Positions 24,161-35,939 of a DNA stretch of 64,000 nt are shown piece by piece. Location: contig NIVC01001160.1 of NCBI GenBank assembly GCA_002269645.1, positions 62,001 to 126,000 of the forward strand, read 5' to 3'. Position 1 is the stretch's first letter; each line of letters begins with the position of its first letter. The DNA is from Macrostomum lignano (lineage: Eukaryota). The notes beneath the pieces were generated by a model, which was not told the DNA's origin, did no database searches, and saw nothing but the letters and a program-made list of their open reading frames with translations. The translations under genes and the position numbers were made by a program.

Positions 24161-27100
24161 ATGCACAGCGCGACTGGGCCCCAGCCAGCCATGCCTACAA
24201 ACCGAGCGTTTACCGTCGAATCTTTGCCGCAAAATCTGCGCGAACTGCAGGCCCAGCTGAACTCGGCGATCAGAGCGCATCGGGTAAAATTATTCGGGGC
24301 TTGATTTCTGGGTTGGAAGTCTTGTTTAGAATTTATGATTTACGCTTTGTTGCATTGGATCTGCGCTTTGCCGTGCTCAAGCCCGCGTTGCTGCCGGTCA
24401 TTGGCCAGATTCCTCCCAGAGATCCCGGCACATCAGCAGCACAGCACAGGGGGCTCCTCCTGACCGACCTCTCTCCTGCTCGATTATTGATTTGCCCATC
24501 TAACCAGCTGACTGACCGAAGCGGGCTGTATTTATTAATATATTATTAACCCGCGTGTATCAACTACCCTACTAGGCTGCATGGCTTTGTGGGGCCTGGA
24601 GACGCTGCTGTGTTCGATGCATAATAAGATTGACGGATGAATGAACTGCTGCATTTAGGATTACACTATACCGGATTACAGGAATGGGTTTGGCATTGCA
24701 TTCCAGTTCGCCAATTGGCCGAATCAGCAGCTATTGCTTCTGCCTAGCGGGTGTCCTCACCGTGTCTCATTTGTCTCATCTGTAATTATTAATCATTCTC
24801 TGCGAACCAGCTTGTCGTATTCTCGTGCCTACATCACATTGCGTAGGCCTTTAACTGCTGCCTTTATTGCACCTGTCGCGATTGTGAAAATAAGTTGCCT
24901 GAGTGGTTTATAGATTTCAGATTTCAGCGATTTGAGGCACAGGGGCACTGACTTGCCAATTGAGGCACTGAGGGCACAGGGGCACTGACTGGCCAATTGA
25001 GGCACTGAGGGCACAGGGGCACTGACTGTCAGTTGAGGCACTGAGGGCACAGGGGCACTGACTGCCAATTGAGGCACTGAGGGCACAGGGGCACTGACTT
25101 GCCAATTGAAGCACTGAGGGCACAGGGGCACTGACTGTCAGTTGAGGCACTGAGGGCACAGGTGCACTGACTGGCCAGTTGAGGCACTGAGGGCACAGGG
25201 GCACTGACTGTCAGTTGAGACACTGAGGGCACAGGGGCACTGACTGCCAATTGAGGCACTGATGGCACAGGGGCACTGACTTGCCAATTGAGGCACTGAG
25301 GGCACAGGGGCACTGACTGTCAGTTGAGGCACTGAGGGCACAGGGGCACTGACTGCCAATTAAGCCAAGGCACTGAGGGCACAGGGGCACTGACTTGCCA
25401 ATTGAGGCACTGAGGGCACAGGTGCACTGACTTGCCAATTGAGGCACTGAGGGCACAGGTGCACTGACTTGCCAATTGAGGCACTGAGGGCACAGGGGCA
25501 CTGACTGGCCAATTGAGGCACTGAGGGCCAAGGGGCACTGACTGTCAGTTGAGACACTGAGACACTGAGGGCACAGGGGCACTGACTGTCAGTTGAGGCA
25601 CTGATGGCACAGGGGCACTGACTTGCCAATTGAGGCACTGAGGGCACAGGGGCACTGACTTGCCAATTGAGGCACTGAGGGCAGGCTACAGCTACAGGGT
25701 CAATCCACTGTCAGCAATGCAAATATTCTCCCACCGATGCAGTCAATCAGCAAATTCCTATGAATCCCTAGCCAGCTAATGAAGTCCATTATCGCGCCAT
25801 TGCAGAACCTTGTTGGCCGAGTCAACCTGTGCCCCAACGACAGGAGTTTAATCGCCAGGGCCCAGGCTGCCGAGCGGCTAATTGGCCGAATTCACAAGGA
25901 GCAAGTGAGCTCTGCCTGAGCTTCTACCCGGTTTGGTCTCAGTCATTTCTGCCATGTCATATTATTAATTAGTAATGTTTGCTGAATTCCAGAAACCGCT
26001 GCTTGAACGATTCAAACGCGACTGCCGATTGCTGGCAGCTCGCTCTGCCGAGGCTAAAAAGAATTTTCGAGTCGGCGCCAAGGTGACAAAACTGGTCTAA
26101 GTTATTTATTCTAATTAGAAGTCAATCAAAATCCATAAAATCACTGTGCCTTCTCAATTAGGAGTTTATCTCATTCAACTTGGTCTTCCGTGTCTCTCCC
26201 CATCTCTCCCGTCTCTCCTGTCTCTCCTATCTCTCCCCGTTTCTCCCATCTCAACCCATCTCTCCCCATCTCTCCCGTCTCCCATCTCCCCCCATCACTC
26301 CCATCTCACCCATCTCTCCCTATCTCTCCGATCTCTCCCGATCTCTTCCATCTCTCCCCATCTCTCCCCGTCTCTCCCCATCTCTCCCATCTTTCCCCAT
26401 CTCACCCGTCTCTCCCCATCTCACTCATTCCATACATAACCCCTAATCCAGCAGATTGCAGCAACAATTGACGAACTGCTAGAAGACCGAGTCAGGCATC
26501 ATTTCTGCCCGAGCACCCTGGAGAAATGGACCGGCTCAACTGCTTGCCTCAGCCCGGAGAAGAAGCGGGTGAGTAACCGCCTCTGAGTGCAGACCTGCGG
26601 TTCGCTGTTTTACAGCTGCCCCTGGTGTGGGTGCCGCCACCCCCAGTCTTCAGGTGTGAGTGCCGCCACCCCCGAGTCTTCAGGTGTGGGTGCCGCCACT
26701 CCTGAGTCTTCAGGTGTGGGTGCCGCCACCCCCATTTTCAGGTGTGGGTGCCGCCCCACAATTCTTCAGGTGCGGGTGCCGCCATCCTAATTCTTCAGGT
26801 GTGGGTGCCGCCATCCAAATTCTTCAGGTGTGGGTGCCGCCATCCTAATTCTTCAGGTGTGGGTCGCGGCACCCCTCACTCTTCAGGTGTGGGTCGCGGC
26901 ACCCCTTACTCTTCAAGTGTGGGTCGCACCCACATCTGATGATGATGAGTAGTTGCTAAAAACTTGAGTACGTCCATTTAAAATGTAAATTGCACACTTT
27001 CACTGCATGGTTAACGCTCTGTTCTTGAACTAAAACGAGTGAAAACAAAAAAATTCAATCCTGCAGAAAGTCAACTTTCTGGCCTGCTTCGATTTGATCG

Positions 27101-30100
27101 CACCCAGAGTTCGAGACGGTGAGTTGCTCGTTGATATAAATCTGTTCTGGCGCACACTTGCTATTCGTAAATAGTGCTCAGTTCAGGTAGTGTAGAGTGC
27201 TCAGTTCAGGTAGTGTAGAGTGCTCAGTTCAGGTAGTGTAGAGTGCTCAGTTCAGGTAGTGTAGAGTGCTCAGTTCAGGTAGTGTAGAGTGCTCAGTTCA
27301 GGTAGTGTAGAGTGCTCAGTTCAGATAGTGTAGAGTGCTCAGTTCAGGTAGTGTAGAGTGCTCAGTTCAGGTAGTGTAGAGTGCTCAGTTCAGGTAGTGT
27401 AGAGTGCTCAATTCTCAGATATTATGCATGCGGCATATGTATCAAGTCGTAAAATTCCCGTTATTAAAAAATCGCGCTCTTAACGCAACGACAGGCTATT
27501 TTTGTCCCGTGTTTCCAAAGGACTTTTTGTTTCAAATTGGATTTTAGATCAATATTTTAGTTTATGGGAAGATCTACGTGACTTTGACTACTTAAACCAT
27601 CATCGAATAAATCTTTCCCAATCATTCCGAGAATCTCCTCAGATCAGCCCAATAATCTTCCCTATATCATCCCGAGAACCTCCCCAGATCAGTCCCATAA
27701 TCATCCCTAAATCATCCCGAGAACCCCAGATCAGTCCAATAATCATCCCTAAATCATCCCGAGAACCCCAGATCAGTCCAATAATCATCCCTAAATCATT
27801 CCGAGAATCTCCCCAGATTAGTCCAATAATCATCCCTAAATCATCCCGAGAATCTCCCCAGATCAGTCCAATAATCATCCCTAAATCATCCCGAGAACCC
27901 CAGATCAGTCCAATAATCATCCCTAAATCATTCCGAGAATCTCCCCAGATCAGTCCAATAATCATCCCTAAATCATCCCGAGAATCTCCCCAGATCAGTC
28001 CAATAATCATCCCTATATCATCCCGAGAACCTCCCCAGATCAGTCCAATAATCATCCCTATATCATCCCGAGAACCTCCCCAGATCAGTCTAATAATCAT
28101 CCCTAAATCATTCCGAGAATCTCCCCAGATCAGTACAATAATCATCCCAATAATCATCCCGAGAACCTTCCCAGATCAGTCCAATAATCATCCCAATAAT
28201 CATCCCGAGAACCTCCCCAGATCAGTCCAATAATCATCCCGAGAATCTCCCCAGATCAGTCCAATAATCATCCCTAAATCATTCCGAGAATCTCCCCAGA
28301 TCAGTACAATAATCATCCCAATAATCATCCCGAGAACCTTCCCAAATCAGTCCAATAATCATCCCAATAATCATCCCGAGAACCTCCCCAGATCAGTCCA
28401 ATAATCATCCCGAGAATCTCCCCAGATCAGTCCAATAATCATCCCTAAATCATTCCGAGAATCTCCCCAGATCAGTACAATAATCATCCCAATAATCATC
28501 CCGAGAACCTCCCCAGATCAGTCCAATAATCATCCCAATAATCATCCCGAGAACCTCCCCAGATCAGTCCCATAATCATCCGTAAATCATCCCGAGAACC
28601 CCAGATCAGTCCAATAATCATCCCTAAATCATCCCGAGAACCCCAGATCAGTCCAATAATCATCCCTAAATCATTCCGAGAATCTCCCCAGATCAGTACA
28701 ATAATCATCCCAATAATCATCCCGAGAACCTTCCCAGATCAGTCCAATAATCATCCCAATAATCATCCCGAGAATCTCCCCAGATCAGTCCAATAATCAT
28801 CCCTAAATCATCCCGAGAATCTCCCCAGATCAGTCCAATAATCATCCCTATATCATCCCGAGAACCTCCCCAGATCAGTCCAATAATCATCCCTATATCA
28901 TCCCGAGAACCTCCCCAGATCAGTCTAATAATCATCCCTAAATCATTCCGAGAATCTCCCCAGATCAGTACAATAATCATCCCAATAATCATCCCGAGAA
29001 CCTTCCCAGATCAGTCCAATAATCATCCCAATAATCATCCCGAGAACCTCCCCAGATCAGTCCAATAATCATCCCGAGAATCTCCCCAGATCAGTCCAAT
29101 AATCATCCCTAAATCATTCCGAGAATCTCCCCAGATCAGTACAATAATCATCCCAATAATCATCCCGAGAACCTTCCCAAATCAGTCCAATAATCATCCC
29201 AATAATCATCCCGAGAACCTCCCCAGATCAGTCCAATAATCATCCCGAGAATCTCCCCAGATCAGTCCAATAATCATCCCTAAATCATTCCGAGAATCTC
29301 CCCAGATCAGTACAATAATCATCCCAATAATCATCCCGAGAACCTCCCCAGATCAGTCCAATAATCATCCCAATAATCATCCCGAGAACCTCCCCAGATC
29401 AGTCCCATAATCATCCGTAAATCATCCCGAGAACCCCAGATCAGTCCAATAATCATCCCTAAATCATCCCGAGAACCCCAGATCAGTCCAATAATCATCC
29501 CTAAATCATTCCGAGAATCTCCCCAGATTAGTCCAATAATCATCCCTAAATCATCCCGAGAACCTCCCCAGATCAGTCCAATAATCATCCCGAGAATCTC
29601 CCCAGATCAGTCCAATAATCATCCCTAAATCATCCCGAGAACCTCCCCAGATCAGTCCAATAATCATCCCTAAATCATCCCGAGAATCTCCCCAGATCAG
29701 TACAATAATCATCCCAATAATCATCCCGAGAACCTCCCCAGATCAGTCCAATAATCATCCCAATAATCATCCCGAGAACCTCCCCAGATCAGTCCAATAA
29801 TCATCCCTAAATCATCCCGAGAATCTCCCCAGATTAGTCCAATAATCATCCCTAAATCATCCCGAGAACCTCCCCAGATCAGTCCAATAATCATCCCGAG
29901 AATCTCCCCAGATCAGTCCAATAATCATCCCTAAATCATCCCGAGAACCTCCCCAGATCAGTCCAATAATCATCCCTAAATCATCCCGAGAATCTCCCCA
30001 GATTAGTCCAATAATCATCCCTAAATCATCCCGAGAACCTCCCCAGATCAGTCCAATAATCATCCCTAAATCATCCCGAGAATCTCCCCAGATTAGTCCA

Positions 30101-31354
30101 ATAATCATCCCTAAATCATCCTGAGAATCTCCCCAGATCAGCCCAATAATCATCCCGAGAATCTCCCCAGATCAGTCCAATAATCGTCCTTAAATCAAAT
30201 CTAGAATCTCCCCCAGATCAGCCCAGTTATCTTTTCTATCGTACCTTAAAAATCTTAACTTTTAGTTGCTATCAAGAGCATCTCGAGTGTTCCGAGATTC
30301 TTCCTCGAACATTCCATTGAACCTGACAACTTTCCGTATTGTTGAGTCCAGAGAATTATTTTAGAATTCATGAAGGTCTTGAAACTACCACTAGAACTTT
30401 CCAAAACGACAAAACGTACTTTATCTCGGCTTCGCAGATGTGGTAGACGCCAAGTCCAGTCCTCGCCGTCGCAAACAGCTGGTGAATCCTGACTTTCCGC
30501 TTGTATCGTCGACGACCTCGGCGACTGCGACTACGGCTTCGACTGCGGTTGCAGCTGCTACCCCTGTCACTGCGACGATTTCTGCCAAGCCTCAGCTTCA
30601 GCAACAGCAGCAGCCGGCGCCCTCGGCCGGCCATTCTAATGGTCTCGTTGCCACTGGCAACGGAGCTGGAATTCTGACTCGATCATCTCGTCGGGCTTGT
30701 CGCTTCGAGGAAAAGCCGTCATTTAGTCTTTTACAACAACAACAGCAGCAGCAGCAGCAACAGAAGCGAAAGCCTCAATTCTGCTGCGCCAAGTGTCACC
30801 AGTTAATGCCAAATCGACCCGTTCGGGCACCGTTGTCGTCGGTGGCAACAATTGGCCAAGCAGCGTCTGCTGCGCCCGCCAGTTCTTGGTGTCCAACCTG
30901 CATTGCTTCTTGCGCTGCAACCGCTGACATCGCCATCGGCCTGCCGTGCTGTCCGCCATCGACCCCGGCTAGTAGCGGCAGTGGTGAGTCATGGGCCGAA
31001 CTCTTATCAGTTTTCTGATTGTTGTAATGAGGTTACCCACATTATTTCTTATCGATCGCTTTATGTAGATGTACATTGGTTTACCCACCTCACTCCATTT
31101 TTTATCGATCGCAAGGTCTACAGTGACTAAACCCACCAATTTGCGCAGGAAATCAGTCAACTGGTTCGACAACAAGCGACAAGTCACCGAAGCAGGATCC
31201 CAATGAATCATTTGAGTTCATTCTGCCCTTGGGCCGAATTCGACGGTCTGAAAAGAACTTGCGACTTGAGAGCCTGTTAAGTAAACTAAGCCGGAATAAT
31301 AGTCACAATAGCGACAACAACAAAGACGGTGTAAGCCGCATTAACGGCCAGTGA
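24161..31354 (+). CDS. PHF21A: PHF21A/B (BHC80)-like protein, about 409 aa, 7 exons
   Basis: Exons 24161-24283, 25806-25904, 25993-26082, 26455(or 26452)-26568, 27067-27118, 30438-30983 and 31149-31354 are all GT-AG and phase-compatible. LRELQAQLNSAIRAHR|NLVGRVNLCPNDRSL...IHKEQ|KPLLERF aligns by eye with the PHF21A N-terminal coiled coil. KVNFLACFDLI...RRRKQLVNPDF matches the conserved FM..LGLVT...RKRR..NP block. Start codon and last exon are less certain. Confidence 0.75.
24932..25683. repeat. 36/37-bp minisatellite in PHF21 intron 1
   Basis: Unit GAGGCACTGAGGGCACAGGGGCACTGACT(TGCCAA/GTCAG)TT. Confidence 0.93.
26190..26425. repeat. About 10-bp pyrimidine-rich repeat in PHF21 intron 3
   Basis: TCTCCCCATC-like units. 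Confidence 0.8.
26620..26935. repeat. About 30-bp minisatellite in PHF21 intron 4
   Basis: Unit TCTTCAGGTGTGGGTGCCGCCACCCC..., about 10 copies. Confidence 0.88.
27175..27410. repeat. 23-bp minisatellite in PHF21 intron 5
   Basis: Unit GTGCTCAGTTCAGGTAGTGTAGA, about 10 near-perfect copies. Confidence 0.93.
27620..30225. repeat. 42-45-bp minisatellite in PHF21 intron 5
   Basis: Unit CAGATCAGTCCAATAATCATCCCTAAATCATCCCGAGAATCTCCC with deletion and duplication variants. Confidence 0.94.
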
Positions 31355-31480
31355 TCCGTTCGGTTTTGAGTGCATCAAATACTGAAACGCTTTGGTTTAC
31401 TACCCAGTGTCGACTTGGCAATCCAGACAATATATTTGACATTTGTTGTACCTGTTGTATTTGTTAGTTTAAATTCAATG

Positions 31481-31745
31481 CACCCACCCCACTCGGGCCG
31501 CCCGTCTGAAACTATCGATCACCCAGTCTGCACTCGCGCAACACACCCACCCCACTCCGGCCGCCCTCCCGCCTGAAATTATCGATCGCCTAGTCTGCAC
31601 TCGCGCAACACACCCACCCCACTCCGGCCGCCCTCCCGCCTGAAATTATCCATCGCCCAGTCTGCACTCGTGCAACACATCCACCCCACTCCGGCCGCCC
31701 GCCCGAAATTATCGATCGCCCAGTCTGCACTCGCGCAAACAACCA
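31481..31745. repeat. About 62-bp tandem repeat (about 4 copies) downstream of PHF21
   Basis: CACCCACCCCACTCCGGCCGCCC...ATTATCGATCGCCCAGTCTGCACTCGCGCAACA. Confidence 0.85.
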
Positions 31746-32377
31746 CCTCAAACTGAGTCACTATGTGTAATTTTTAGCAAAACTTCCCAAACCATTAGCG
31801 GATTGTGTTTCAGTCTGTTTTTCTTAAACTATAATAATTTATTAAACTTTACCAATTTGCTGGATTCATAACCAGAGATCCTTTCCTTTTAGTTTCTTGT
31901 ATTCAAGCAAGGCAACCCACATTCGACGCGTGTACCCTCTATACATGCTGTATCTTGGCAGTTGAATTTGACGAAACTACCATTAATATTTAAATGCAAT
32001 TGTCTTTCAATCAATGCACACTGCTACTCCATTTCTTCATTCACTGATTTCATATTCAAGCGTGAGCAATCAGAAGTCCCTAGTGCTGCCTATTTTCCAA
32101 CTCCTGGACTTAATTTGACTTTAATTCTGACACCATACATGGATGCTAGCTCAGCTAATTTTTTTATTACGAAAATAGTCGGTTTGTTGTACATTTTATT
32201 TCATACGTAATTCTCTGCTAACGTTTATCTTCTGTTGCACTAAATATACGCTCGTAATTAATATTGCGTGTTCATTCTGTTCATACAGTGCTATACTCGT
32301 AGTTATATTGTTGATGAAAAATTGTTCAAATAAAACTCACTTCTTGGCTTTGTCTTATTGACTCCATACCTTCTCAC

Positions 32378-33410
32378 TCCCGATGCTTCAGTGACCTGCC
32401 GCATTTTCATTCCCGATGCTTCAGTGACCTGCCACATTTTCATTCCCGATGCTTCAGTGATCTGCCGCATTTTCATTCCCGATGCTTCAGTGACCTGCCA
32501 CATTTTCATTCCCGATGCTTCAGTGATCTGCCGCATTTTCATTCCCGATGCTTCAGTGACCTGCCACATTTTCATTCCCGATGCTTCAGTGATCTGCCGC
32601 ATTTTCATTCCCGATGCTTCAGTGACCTGCCACATTTTCATTCCCGATGCTTCAGTGATCTGCCGCATTTTCATTCCCGATGCTTCAGTGACCTGCCACA
32701 TTTTCATTCCCGATGCTTCAGTGATCTGCCGCATTTTCATTCCCGATGCTTCAGTGACCTGCCGCTATCTCACTCCAGATGCTTCAGTGACCTGCCGCAT
32801 TTTCATTCCCGATGCTTCAGTGACCTGCCACATTTTCATTCCCGATGCTTCAGTGATCTGCCGCATTTTCATTCCCGATGCTTCAGTGATCTGCCGCATT
32901 TTCATTCCCGATGCTTCAGTGACCTGCCACATTTTCATTCCCGATGCTTCAGTGATCTGCCGCATTTTCATTCCCGATGCTTCAGTGACCTGCCGCTATC
33001 TCACTCCAGATGCTTCAGTGACCTGCCGCATTTTCATTCCCGATGCTTCAGTGATCTGCCGCATTTTCATTCCCGATGCTTCAGTGACCTGCCGCTATCT
33101 CACTCCAGATGCTTCAGTGACCTGCCGCATTTTCATTCCCGATGCTTCAGTGACCTGTCGCTATCTCACTCCAGATGCTTCAGTGACCTGCCGCTCTCTC
33201 CCGATGCTTCAGTGACCTGCCGCTCGCTCATCCCCGATGCTTCAGTGACCTGTCGCTCTCTCCTGATGCTCCAGCGATCTGCCGCCCTATCACCCCCGAT
33301 GCTTCAATGACCCGCTATCTCATCCCCGATGCTTCAGTGACCTGCCACATTTTCATTCCTAATGCTTCAGTGACCTGCCGCCCTTTCACTCCCGATGCTT
33401 CAGTGACCAC
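32378..33410. repeat. 33-bp minisatellite
   Basis: Unit CCCGATGCTTCAGTGACCTGCCGCATTTTCATT, degenerating toward 33410. Confidence 0.93.
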
Positions 33411-34561
33411 CCCTAATCCATAGTCTTTCGGTGACCACTTCCCCAATCAATAAGGCAATCATTCATTCTTAAATGACCCGATGGAGTTCACTGTCGCCGT
33501 GGAATGAATTTTGAATGTTGGTTGAATTTAAGCATGTAAGTAGATGAAAATCTGGGTATATGTTATGTCATTCCATACAGACAGATCCGCATAGTCCCCT
33601 TGTATTCCGTGCAAAGGACAGTTATGAGGTTTGCCGTGCGGCAAGTGCGTGTGGCATGGGCCATGCAGGCCTTGGCGCTTGTGTGTAAGGAAAAGACGAA
33701 AGTAAGAATTTAGCCAGGGCCGCCCAGACTAAGGGGCCTGAGAGGAGAGATAGAATTGGCGCGTGTAAATTCTGTCAGCCAATGGGAGGCGCGCAATCTG
33801 CCCCCTCCCGCTCCGATTTGTTTAAGGCCGCCAGAATCACGCGGGTGAGGAAAGGAAGCGGGGTGAGTAAAGGCTGAAACCCCGTGGGTAAGGTATGTAC
33901 ACTTCCTTTCCTATGTACATTCCAGTCCAACCCCATCTCCGAACACTTGCTTGTTCTGTAGATAAAGGCAGAAAAATTAGTTCCCGTCAACAGGCTGCTT
34001 ATCATGCTACTATATAGTAACTACATGAAGATTTGTCTGCGATTCCTGCTGCTTTTTACTTTTTTGTTTGAACGCCTAGCCTAAAGCCCAGCAAACAAAT
34101 AGGGCAACAGTAACAAGTCATTACGAGTAGTCAAAGCCAAATACAACGAAAATTATAATAGTGATCTATTTTATTTCTATTTCGATTCTATTTATAAATC
34201 AAATCAAATTATTTAATTGATAATATGAAAAGTTTATTAATTAGGGCAGTAGCCTTAAGTAAGCTAGTAAAGCTACGCTACACTAGCTATTCTAGTAGCC
34301 AGTAGCCTATATGCAGTAGCTAGTAAGCAACAACTACAACAGACTACAACACGTCACAAGTACGAAAAGCAAAAAACTCCGTGTCTGTCAGTCGTCAGTG
34401 AGCCTGAGGCCTGAGCCAGTTTTAACTTCTTTAAGGTTTTTAAAAAATAAAATAAGACAAAAATGTTAACCAGGGAATTAATTTCTACTATATCCCTACA
34501 TCAGTCTTTCCTTTTATATTGGGTGTTTTATAATAGGTAGGAAAAATTTGTAAAAAAATTC

Positions 34562-34633
34562 CTCCCCGACCGGGAATCGAACCCGGGCCTTCCACGTGAC
34601 AGGCGGAGATACTGACCACTATACTATCGAGGA
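34562..34633 (-). tRNA. trnD-GUC: tRNA-Asp(GUC)
   Basis: Minus strand TCCTCGATAGTATAGTGGTCAGTATCTCCGCCTGTCACGTGGAAGGCCCGGGTTCGATTCCCGGTCGGGGAG. Acceptor, anticodon (GTC) and T stems pair. A T7 Pol III terminator follows immediately. Confidence 0.96.
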
Positions 34634-35639
34634 GCCGGTTTAAGCACGTCCGCAATGCGTTTTTGACGTCCATATGAGTTTGGTTTGCCTCCTGTTTGCT
34701 TGACTAGGCAGGGCTAGGTAGGCAGCTGCAGCTGGTAGTGGTAGCTGAGGTTGCACCGTTGCAGAGAGTGACGATTTGACTGGACCCAGAGTTATTTAAT
34801 AATAATGGATCATGGAATTATTCTGTACTATTAAATTACTTAGTACTATTATAAATTATTACGTAAAAACGAATAAGGAGCTTATGGTAATTAATTGCAT
34901 CCAGAATTTTTCTTGGATCAGCTGACTCTATTTGCGTTTTGATCTTAATCAACCTCCCTTCTTAGGACTTAGCTTTGCTTAACAAAACTACAAGTGAATC
35001 AGCAAGACTACAAGTGAATTAAATATTAAATTAACTAACTGGTAACTGGTCCATTTGGCTTATGTGGCTTAATACTCGTAAGGTCAAGGATACGAAAATC
35101 TTAATTTGTCTTTAGCTTTTAGGCAGAAATTTTGTCTTCAAACTGCAAGAAATTTAACAATAGGCATGGCTGAACATACTACTTAAAAACGAGTTATGCG
35201 TAGAATTTAACAAGATTACCAAGATCTGCTTTTGCTTTCATACTGGATAAATATACTAGCACTCCAGCCATAACTACCATTCGATTTACTTTGAGATAAG
35301 GCAAGGCCAACTGCTGCATTAAAGCCATTTTAAAGCTGCTTGTTAATTACAGATTCATCAGCTTTTTACAAACAATAACAGGTCCAAACAGCCCAGCTAT
35401 TAGGCATCATCTATAATTTGATGCACTAAAATTCTTCAAGCTTTTATATTCAACTTCTATAAGAATCGACACTGCCGAAATAAATTGTAAGGCTCGAAGT
35501 TCAGTAATACTGGACACTCGAAATTGAAAATTAAAGTTTAGTTTCTCTGGACAGCGGTCAAAAAATTGACGGAAGATTTGTGTGCACTCCCGCTTTAGTA
35601 ATATTGCTTGTAATTTTGTACAGAGGTGCTTGAATGAGC

Positions 35640-35925
35640 CATCAATGGTGCTGGAGTGCTAGAATGGGTCGGGACTGGTGCTGGAGTGCTAGAATGGGTC
35701 AGGACTGGTGCTGGAGTGCTAGAATGGGTCAGGACTGGTGCTGGAGTGCTATAATAGGTCAGGACTGGTGCTGGAGTGCTAGAATGGGTCAGGACTGGTG
35801 CTGGAGTGCTAGAATGGGTCAGGACTGGTGCTGGAGTGCTAGAATGGGTCGGGACTGGTGCTGGAGTGCTATAATAGGTCAGGACTGGTGCTGGAGTGCT
35901 AGAATGGGTCAGGACTGGTTCTGGG
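35640..35925. repeat. 30-bp minisatellite just after the stop of the lectin-receptor gene
   Basis: Unit GTCAGGACTGGTGCTGGAGTGCTAGAATGG, about 10 copies. Confidence 0.92.
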
Positions 35926-35939
35926 AGTTCTGCTGGAAG

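Noticed and set aside
24640-24750. Possible extra PHF21 exon (DYTIPDYRNGFGIAFQFANW...)
   Set aside because: Exons 1 and 2 already join in phase and align to PHF21A without it. No support without transcripts.
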